Shown here one piece after another: positions 57,143 to 64,000 of a stretch of DNA of 64,000 bases. The notes beneath the pieces were generated by a model. The model did no database searches. It worked only from the letters and a program-made list of their open reading frames with translations, and was not told the origin of the DNA. This stretch comes from Pyrinomonadaceae bacterium (GTDB taxonomy: Bacteria > Acidobacteriota > Blastocatellia > Pyrinomonadales > Pyrinomonadaceae), in assembly GCA_030841105.1 (NCBI GenBank), contig JAVEDE010000012.1, forward strand, positions 7,079 to 71,078. Direction: 5' to 3'. Numbering within the stretch: the first letter of the stretch is position 1; each line of letters begins with the position of its first letter. The translations under genes and the position numbers were made by a program.

Positions 57143-58252
57143 ATGCGGAAAATCTTCCAAGCGGCAATCCTCTCGCTGCTCTTACTCGCTCTCGTCTTCA
57201 ACGCCGCCGCGCAAGTTCCGGCGACCGCGCAGACAGAAGCCGCGTGGGAAACTTACACCTTCGACGGCGAAGAGTTTTCCGTCGCGCTGCCGGAGATGCC
57301 CGTGCTCGATCATTCGGGACGTTACGTCAACGGATTCCCTGATAGAGACGGCACGGCGCGCAGCTACGGGGCATACCGCGACGACGTGGTCTACCTGATC
57401 CGCGCCTTCGACAAGCCGCGCGCGGGCGAAGACCTCGACTACTTCGCCGGAGATTACCTGCGTACATTCCCCTTAGCGCGTGAGATACCCGAATTCAAAG
57501 CGCAGCGCGAGTTGTCGCGCGGTAAGTTTCCCGGCCGTCAATACGCCATCGTCAACAACGTCTCGTCGTCGAGCTTGCCCGCCTCTTCGCTCTACGTTTT
57601 CCTGACCAAGCGGCACGCTTACGTCCTGCGCGCCGTCGGGGGCGACGACGATCATCCCGGCGTGCGACGCTTCATCAATTCATTTACGTTGTCGGATAAG
57701 CCCGCCGGGCGGCAGGTCTTGGACGAGAGTCTCTCGATGCCTTCACTCGCACCCGTCGCCGCAGCCGCGCCGTGGTCGCCGGACAAAAAGAGGCCGCCCG
57801 CAAGCGACCCGCAAACGGGCGGGAGCGCGCCGCAGGCGAGCGGCGTTGCACCACCGCGCGGCGAGAAGCCCGGCGTCGGCACGGGCATGGGCGTCGGCAT
57901 GGGCAGGGGCGAAGGCGGCAGCGGCGTGTCGAAACCCGTCAGTGGCGAAGTGGACTACACGCGCACCTTCCGCTCCAGCGAGGTGTCACGGAAGGCTCAG
58001 ATCATTCACAAGCCCGAACCGCGCTACACGGAAGAGGCGCGCAAGAATGAAGTGACCGGCACGGTGCGCCTGCGCCTCGTGGTCACGGCTGACGGGAAAG
58101 TCTCAAACATCGTGCCCTTGTCGCGCTTGCCCGACGGCCTGATTGTGACGGCGACCATCGCGGCCAAGCACATCAAGTTCATCCCGGCCGTCAAGGACGG
58201 GCGCAAAGTCTCGCAGTACGTCACCATCGAATACAACTTCCACATCTACTGA
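57143..58252 (+). CDS. Exported protein with C-terminal TonB domain
   Basis: Signal peptide, FSVALP N-domain, TonB_C very similar to that of 54277-55677. Confidence 0.8.
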   Translation: MRKIFQAAILSLLLLALVFNAAAQVPATAQTEAAWETYTFDGEEFSVALPEMPVLDHSGRYVNGFPDRDGTARSYGAYRDDVVYLIRAFDKPRAGEDLDYFAGDYLRTFPLAREIPEFKAQRELSRGKFPGRQYAIVNNVSSSSLPASSLYVFLTKRHAYVLRAVGGDDDHPGVRRFINSFTLSDKPAGRQVLDESLSMPSLAPVAAAAPWSPDKKRPPASDPQTGGSAPQASGVAPPRGEKPGVGTGMGVGMGRGEGGSGVSKPVSGEVDYTRTFRSSEVSRKAQIIHKPEPRYTEEARKNEVTGTVRLRLVVTADGKVSNIVPLSRLPDGLIVTATIAAKHIKFIPAVKDGRKVSQYVTIEYNFHIY

Positions 58253-58310
58253 GCGCGGCGCGAACGCGCAGGCACTTCAACACGGCGAATGCTTCGACCG
58301 GGAGACGACT

Positions 58311-59531
58311 CTAACTCGTCGGGCGGTCGCTCGGCGGGTGGACGGCGTGGAAGTCGCGGTAGAAACGCTCGGAGTAATCGGCCAACAGATGCTCGACGCG
58401 CGCCGGGTCGTGCGACATGACGATGAGGCCGACGTGCGACTCCTTGTTCATGCGCCAGACGATTTCGGGGTCGTCGTAGTTCGACGTGTCGGGGTAACGC
58501 TCGCGCGCGAGGGAGACGAGCAGCCCGGCGTAGTCTTCGCGGCGCGGCGGCAGTTCGTACCCGCCCGCGCGGCCGCCCGCGATCTCGATCCGCGCCCACT
58601 CGCGCCAGAGGTTGACGCCGGTCGCCGCCTCGACGAGTTCGACGATGTTCGCGCCGCCGACGCGCGCCGCCGTTTCGAGAAAGTAGAACTCGCCGTCCTC
58701 GCGCCCCTTGATGAATTCCGTGTGCGAGACGCCGTAGGGCAGGCGCATCGCGCGCAGCACGGCGCGGTTGATCTCCTGCAAGGCCGTTTCGTCCTCTGTG
58801 CCGCGCACGCAGGTGCGCGTGGTGAAGATGCCGCCGCCGTGCGCCACGTCGAGCGGCGGGTGGCCGTAGCGGTTGACGGCGGCGAAGAGGACTTCGGAGT
58901 CGTAGACGATGGAGTCCACGTGGTAGATGTCGCCGGGCACGTAGCGTTCGAGGACGTGGAAGCACTGTCGGTCGGCGAGCGCGTCGAGCGCAGGCCAGAG
59001 CTCGTCGGCCTCCCGGATCTTTTTGATGCCCGTGGCAGAAGCCTCGAAGCGCGGCTTCAAGAGCCACGGCGCGGGCACGCGGCGCATGTAATTGCGGAGG
59101 CGTTCGTAGTTGAGGGCGTGCTCGAATTCGGGCACGGCGATGCCCGCCTCCTGCGCCTGCATCCGCATGGCGAGCTTGTCGCGGAAGTAGCGCGTGGTGG
59201 TGTCGCCCATGCCGGGGACGCGCAGGTGTTCGCGCAAGGCGGCGGCAGTCTCCAAGTCGAAATCGTCGAGCGGGACGATGCGGTCAATCTCCTCTGTGCG
59301 CGCCACGTAAGAGACGCTCTTGATCACGTCTTCGAGAATCCACTTGTGATCGTTGTCGGGCATGTAGAAGATTTCGTCGAGACTCTCGCGCGGCCAGTCG
59401 GCGTCGCGGATGCTGTAGGACGTGAGCAGCAGGACGCGGCAACCCTGCCGCTTGCACTCGCGCATGAACTCCTGACCCTTTTCGTAACTGGCGATGCAGA
59501 GGACTGTGAGCGGGCGTGTCTGGTTCGTCAT
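58311..59531 (-). CDS. ATP-grasp domain protein (paralog of 55843-57066)
   Basis: CIASYEKG, FRDKLAMR, FLETAARVGG. Confidence 0.85.
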   Translation of the reverse strand: MTNQTRPLTVLCIASYEKGQEFMRECKRQGCRVLLLTSYSIRDADWPRESLDEIFYMPDNDHKWILEDVIKSVSYVARTEEIDRIVPLDDFDLETAAALREHLRVPGMGDTTTRYFRDKLAMRMQAQEAGIAVPEFEHALNYERLRNYMRRVPAPWLLKPRFEASATGIKKIREADELWPALDALADRQCFHVLERYVPGDIYHVDSIVYDSEVLFAAVNRYGHPPLDVAHGGGIFTTRTCVRGTEDETALQEINRAVLRAMRLPYGVSHTEFIKGREDGEFYFLETAARVGGANIVELVEAATGVNLWREWARIEIAGGRAGGYELPPRREDYAGLLVSLARERYPDTSNYDDPEIVWRMNKESHVGLIVMSHDPARVEHLLADYSERFYRDFHAVHPPSDRPTS

Positions 59532-59548
59532 CTAACTTGCGAACTCCT

Positions 59549-59917
59549 TCAAGAATTCCAAAAATCGCTGGTGATGATGCGGCGCGCTTCTTCGAGTGAA
59601 AGGTCGCCGCGCGAGAGTTTGAAGGCGATGGTCTCTTCGTAATCCGTGATGCCGGCGCGCGTGCGCCGCGCGGCCTGTTCGGGGGTGAACCCCAGCAATT
59701 CGAGCGCTGCGGCCTGTCGCGGAGCGAAGCAACGCGCGGCGAGCCAGTCGTCAACTTCTTCCGCGTCGGTGAAGCCCGCGTCGAGCCACGCCTGCGCTGC
59801 CGTGTCGGGACTCGCGCCGCCGGGCAGCGCGTCGCCGCCGTGCCGGCGGAGCGTCTCGCCAATGAGCCGGATGAGCGCGGCGGGCGGTGTAGGAGGTGCG
59901 GCGTTGTCGTTCGTCAT
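59549..59917 (-). CDS. Hypothetical protein
   Basis: 122 aa with WLDAGF/WLAARCF/LLGFTP repeats; co-oriented with the ATP-grasp gene. Confidence 0.65.
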   Translation of the reverse strand: MTNDNAAPPTPPAALIRLIGETLRRHGGDALPGGASPDTAAQAWLDAGFTDAEEVDDWLAARCFAPRQAAALELLGFTPEQAARRTRAGITDYEETIAFKLSRGDLSLEEARRIITSDFWNS

Positions 59918-60114
59918 AAAAGTCTTTCCGTGTTCGCGCGAATAATTGCAGTCGGCTAATCTATAGCGCGGACGCGCCCGTTGCCAAGCGTGGGCGCGGG
60001 CTGTGACGCCGGGCGGGCGGGTCGGCGGGCGAGGGCACGCGCCGCGCGCTTCCTTTTACGCGGGGCGCGATTGCATAATGTCGCCACCGGGTTTGACAGT
60101 TTTTTCGAGTGACT

Positions 60115-60768
60115 ATGACTTTCACCACCGTCGGCGTCGGGGGCTTTGCCTCGAACGCGGGCAAGACCACTTTGATGTGCGAACTGCTCCGGGCGTTACC
60201 GCCCGGTTGGGAGGCCATCAAGATCACGCGCGGTCATTATCGTTCGTGCGGCAAAGACCCGCACGCGTGCTGCGTCAGCCACCTGCTCGCGGATGAACCC
60301 GTGATTCGTTCGGGGCGCGCGGAGACTTACGCGGCGGGCAAAGATACGGGGCGATACTGGGACGCCGGGGCGTCGAACGTCCACTGGGTCGTGGTGACGG
60401 ACAAGCAGGTCGAGCGCGGCATCAAGTCTGCGTTGGAACGCGTGCGGACGACGGGCGTGCTCATCGAGGGCACGAGTTTCGTCCAGTTCGTCGCCGTTGA
60501 TTTGATGTTGATGGCGGCGCGCGCCGGGTCGGGCGCGGAGCGAATCAAGCCTTCGGCGCGTCGCGCGCTCGCCAAGACGGACGCGCTCTATCTATTCGAC
60601 GACGGCGCGGATGCAAACGACGCGCGCTCGCGTTTCGACGCGTGGCGCACGACGGCGGACGCGGCGGGCGAAAATTCGACGCGCGACATCCCGGTCTACA
60701 CGAGAGAAGATTTGCCGCGTCTGGTCGAGCGCGTGCGAGAGATTCAACGCGGCGTCGCTGCCGCCTGA
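60115..60768 (+). CDS. MobB-like P-loop NTPase with Cys cluster
   Basis: GGFASNAGKTT Walker A, CGKDPHACC, GKDTGRYWDAGA, LIEG. Confidence 0.65.
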   Translation: MTFTTVGVGGFASNAGKTTLMCELLRALPPGWEAIKITRGHYRSCGKDPHACCVSHLLADEPVIRSGRAETYAAGKDTGRYWDAGASNVHWVVVTDKQVERGIKSALERVRTTGVLIEGTSFVQFVAVDLMLMAARAGSGAERIKPSARRALAKTDALYLFDDGADANDARSRFDAWRTTADAAGENSTRDIPVYTREDLPRLVERVREIQRGVAAA

Positions 60769-60802
60769 AAGTTAAATTTCAACGAGCCGAGAGGAGAAAC
60801 TT

Positions 60803-60985
60803 ATGTCGGACAATGATCGCGAGAAGAAGGACGGCGAACGCAGGGACGGGGATCGCGCGGAGATGCACGAGGCCGTCGCGGAGCGCGCGGCGGGGCAGAA
60901 GCCCGCCGAGTTGCCGCGCGACAAGTCGAACCACTTGATCGGCGACGACGAGACGGCCGAGCAGTTGAAAGAAGACGCGAGCTAG
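60803..60985 (+). CDS. Small charged hypothetical protein
   Basis: AGGAG RBS + ATG, 60 aa. Confidence 0.55.
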   Translation: MSDNDREKKDGERRDGDRAEMHEAVAERAAGQKPAELPRDKSNHLIGDDETAEQLKEDAS

Positions 60986-61047
60986 CACGCAGTTGAAAAG
61001 ATGCGACCGAAGACGCAGTTGAAAGAAGAGACGAGTTAAAAAATCGT

Positions 61048-61548
61048 ATGCCCGAAGGCCGCGCCTACATCCATCAACTGAATTGTTCCGACGGCGGCGT
61101 GCCGAAACTCCCGGTCGCGGAAGCGCAACTGACCGAGACCGGACTCGACCGCGACCGCCAGCGAGTCCCGTTCATTCACGGCGGGACGCAGCGCGCCCTC
61201 TGCCTCTACTCGCTCGAAGTGATTCAGGCGTTACAGGCCGAAGGCCATCCGATCTATCCGGGGTCAATCGGCGAGAACGTCACGGTCGCGGGTCTCGTCT
61301 GGTCGCAACTCGCGCCCGGTTGTCGTCTCGCTCTGGGCGACGAAGTGGTAATTGAAATCACCTCCTACGCCAACCCGTGCCGCACCATCCGCGCTTCATT
61401 TGACGGCGGCAAGTTTAAGCGCACCTCGCAGAAGCAGCACGCGGGCGAGTCGCGCCTCTACGCGCGCGTCATACGCACGGGGCGGCTCGCCGCCGGTCAA
61501 ACGGTGCGCTTGCTGTGCGGCGAAGGCGAGGCGGCCGGAGAGGCTTAA
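61048..61548 (+). CDS. MOSC domain protein (YiiM-like)
   Basis: GGVPK, HGG..RALC, GENVT, PCRTI, YARVIRTG. Confidence 0.88.
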   Translation: MPEGRAYIHQLNCSDGGVPKLPVAEAQLTETGLDRDRQRVPFIHGGTQRALCLYSLEVIQALQAEGHPIYPGSIGENVTVAGLVWSQLAPGCRLALGDEVVIEITSYANPCRTIRASFDGGKFKRTSQKQHAGESRLYARVIRTGRLAAGQTVRLLCGEGEAAGEA

Positions 61549-61560
61549 AGGTAATCGAAC

Positions 61561-62148
61561 GTGAACAGCAACAGCGCGCTCATCCTCGTTGACATCCAGA
61601 ACGACTTTTGTCCGGGCGGCTCGCTCGCCGTGAAAGAGGGCGACCGGATTGTGCCCGCGGTCAACGAACTGCAAAAGCGTTTCGCGCTTGTCGTCGCGAC
61701 GAAGGACTGGCATCCGGCGGGGCACTCTAGTTTCGAGACGCTCTGGCCGCCGCACTGCGTGCAGGAGACGGCGGGCGCGGAGTTCGTCGCGGCGTTGGAC
61801 ACGAGCCGCGTCGCGCGCGTCTTTTTGAAGGGCACGGACTTGGAGATTGATTCCTACAGCGGCTTCTTCGACAACGAGCACCTGCGCGCGACCGGACTCG
61901 GCGATTACTTGAAAGAGCGCGGCGTGACCGATGTCGTCGTAGTCGGACTCGCCACAGACTACTGCGTGAAGTTCACCGCGCTCGACGCCGTGATGCTCGG
62001 CTTCAACACGACGGTCGTCGCCGACGCCTGCCGCGGCGTTGAAGTGAACGAGGGCGACACGCGGCGCGCCTTCGCAGAGATGGCGGCGGCCGGGGTACAC
62101 ATCACGGAGAGCCGTCAATTGCTCGACGCGCGTGCGTCTGAAAGTTAA
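61561..62148 (+). CDS. pncA: Nicotinamidase/pyrazinamidase
   Basis: DIQNDFCPGG, DWH, WPPHCV, KG...DSYSGF, ATDYCV. Confidence 0.93.
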   Translation: MNSNSALILVDIQNDFCPGGSLAVKEGDRIVPAVNELQKRFALVVATKDWHPAGHSSFETLWPPHCVQETAGAEFVAALDTSRVARVFLKGTDLEIDSYSGFFDNEHLRATGLGDYLKERGVTDVVVVGLATDYCVKFTALDAVMLGFNTTVVADACRGVEVNEGDTRRAFAEMAAAGVHITESRQLLDARASES

Positions 62149-62202
62149 CCGCGCGTGTGAATTTTTAAGTTATCAACCCGAACGTCTAACAGGAGAAACT
62201 CG

Positions 62203-62496
62203 ATGCGACGCACATACACGATTCTCACCACGCTCGCCCTCATCACGCTCTTCGCCGGTTGCACCGCGGAGCGAGTGACCTCGCCCGCCAACGGCAACAA
62301 CGCGAACTCCGCGGGCGCGGCGAGCAACAGCAACGGCGCAGGCACGAGGGACGGCATCGGGCCGAGGGACACAGGCATCGGCGGCACGAGCGAGGGCAAC
62401 GCCAACTCTGCGGTCAAGGGCAACTCCAACGTCGAACCGACGGGCGTCAACAAGAACGCCGGGCGCGATACGCCAGCGAATGCCAACAAACCTTAA
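62203..62496 (+). CDS. Small Asn/Gly-rich lipoprotein
   Basis: Lipobox FAGC; AGGAG RBS. Confidence 0.7.
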   Translation: MRRTYTILTTLALITLFAGCTAERVTSPANGNNANSAGAASNSNGAGTRDGIGPRDTGIGGTSEGNANSAVKGNSNVEPTGVNKNAGRDTPANANKP

Positions 62497-62576
62497 CGCG
62501 CCCGCTCACACTGAGACGCGCCGCACGCTTCACGCGCACGCAGAGGCGGCGCGCTGCTACCGCGTCAAATAAAAGA

Positions 62577-62605
62577 CGGCGGCCGGGAGATTCTCCCGGC
62601 CGCCG
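62577..62605. terminator. Terminator hairpin between convergent genes
   Basis: CGGCGGCCGGGAG-att-CTCCCGGCCGCCG; T-run on the minus-strand side. Confidence 0.7.
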
Positions 62606-62629
62606 GCTGTGCGTTTAGCTTTAAAGCGC

Positions 62630-64000
62630 TTAGTGCTGAACGCCTTCGATGAAGGCTTTCAGGAGACGCGAGCGCGAGGGGTGGCGCAGTTTGCGTAGCG
62701 CTTTCGCCTCGATCTGGCGGATGCGTTCGCGCGTCACGCTGAAGTCTTTGCCCACCTCTTCGAGCGTGTGCTCCTCGCCGACGGGGCCGAGGCCGTAGCG
62801 CATCTTGATCACTTTCTCTTCACGCGGCGACAGGGTGGCGAGCACCTCGTCAGTGATCTCGCGCAAATTCGCCGCGACCACCGAGTCGGCCGGGTTGACG
62901 CGCCCCTTGTCTTCGATGAAGTCGCCGAGGTGCGAGTCTTCCTCTTCGCCGATGGGCGTTTCCAGAGAGATCGGCTGCTGCGCCAGTTTGAAGACGCTGC
63001 GCACCTTCGAGACGGGCATGTCAACCTTCTGCGCGATCTCCTCGCTCGTCGGCTCGCGCCCCAACTCCTGCACGAGAGCGCGACTGGTGCGGACGAGTTT
63101 GTTGATGGTCTCGATCATGTGGACGGGGATGCGGATCGTGCGCGCCTGATCCGCGATGGCGCGCGTGATGGCCTGTCGAATCCACCACGTCGCGTAGGTC
63201 GAGAACTTGTAGCCGCGCCGCCAGTCGAACTTCTCCACCCCGCGCATGAGTCCGATGTTGCCCTCTTGAATGAGGTCGAGGAACTGCAAGCCGCGGTTCG
63301 TGTACTTCTTCGCGATCGAGACGACGAGACGCAAATTCGCTTCCGTCAACTCGCTCTTGGCCTCGATGGTCTCGGCGACGCTGCGCGCGATGGACTGGTG
63401 CGAACGCTTGATCTCAAGGATGGGAACTTCGTGCTCGGCCTCGATCTCTTTGAGCCGCTTCTTGGCCGAAGAGATGTGCTTTTTGAAATCCTTCTCCTGC
63501 TCCGGCTTGATGCGCTTGGCGTGGAGCTTCTCGGTGTACTTCTCGATCTCGCGCTCGGCCGTGCGGATGTCTTTGTGGACGGCGGCGATGGCGTCAATGA
63601 GACGTTGGCGCGTCGCGTCTTTCAACGTGAGTTGCTTCATCTCCTGCGCGATCTCCAAGCGCGCGCCCGCCACCTTGCGACGCAGGCGCATCACTTTCTT
63701 GCTGCGCTTGCCGCGCGTCACCTGCTGCTCGGCGCGCAGTTTCTCCCAATCCTTCAAGCCACCTTGAAAGAGCACGTTGATCTTCTCGATGCCTTCGAGC
63801 GTCCAACGTTGATACTCTTCGGTCTTGTCTTCGAGGTCAGCCACGTCGGCCTGATCGGCGAACGCCACCACGTCGCGTATGCTGAGCATCCCGGCGTCAA
63901 TGTCCTCGCCGATCTGCAAGAGTTCTTTAAGCGCGATGGGCGAGCGCGCCAGCGACTTGTGCGTGCGGTTCTGGCCGCGTTCGATGCGCTTGGCGATGGA
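62630..64000 (-). CDS. rpoD: RNA polymerase sigma factor RpoD (5' end outside window)
   Basis: [63 protein letters not shown]. Confidence 0.93.
   Translation of the reverse strand, partial: SIAKRIERGQNRTHKSLARSPIALKELLQIGEDIDAGMLSIRDVVAFADQADVADLEDKTEEYQRWTLEGIEKINVLFQGGLKDWEKLRAEQQVTRGKRSKKVMRLRRKVAGARLEIAQEMKQLTLKDATRQRLIDAIAAVHKDIRTAEREIEKYTEKLHAKRIKPEQEKDFKKHISSAKKRLKEIEAEHEVPILEIKRSHQSIARSVAETIEAKSELTEANLRLVVSIAKKYTNRGLQFLDLIQEGNIGLMRGVEKFDWRRGYKFSTYATWWIRQAITRAIADQARTIRIPVHMIETINKLVRTSRALVQELGREPTSEEIAQKVDMPVSKVRSVFKLAQQPISLETPIGEEEDSHLGDFIEDKGRVNPADSVVAANLREITDEVLATLSPREEKVIKMRYGLGPVGEEHTLEEVGKDFSVTRERIRQIEAKALRKLRHPSRSRLLKAFIEGVQH

Noticed and set aside
60803..60985. Graspetide precursor for the ATP-grasp pair
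   Set aside because: No recognisable leader or Thr/Ser/Lys-Asp/Glu core repeat pattern; the enzymes do not look like the RimK/MvdD type

Overview
High-GC bacterial chromosome segment. Gene content and style (TonB-C proteins, carboxypeptidase-regulatory domains, heptamer repeat arrays) suggest Acidobacteriota, probably Blastocatellia/Pyrinomonadaceae-like; this is inference. Backbone genes: birA, coaX, rlmD, comEC/comEA, ftsK, prfB (programmed +1 frameshift), lnt, selD (in-frame UGA = probable selenocysteine with SECIS-like hairpin), pncA and a partial rpoD. A ~7.6 kb AT-richer element is integrated in tRNA-Glu(UUC), with 51-bp att repeats, arm-type repeats, an IHF site and a tyrosine integrase. 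It carries a Pycsar anti-phage pair, an AlkC/D-like HEAT protein and a promoter-driven, ORF-poor, highly structured ~450-nt region, but no recognisable rep/relaxase gene. The most unusual locus is a 2077-aa alpha-2-macroglobulin whose bait region holds three pseudopilin(GspG)-like repeats, a carboxypeptidase-regulatory domain and a TonB-box-like motif. It is divergent from an ECF sigma factor and an anti-sigma-like/TonB-C fusion. Also present: a solo Type ISP-like RM gene, a candidate sigma54-driven sRNA, a cluster of four DnaA boxes, and many nested heptamer palindromes. All family assignments are from motif recognition by eye; no database search was run.
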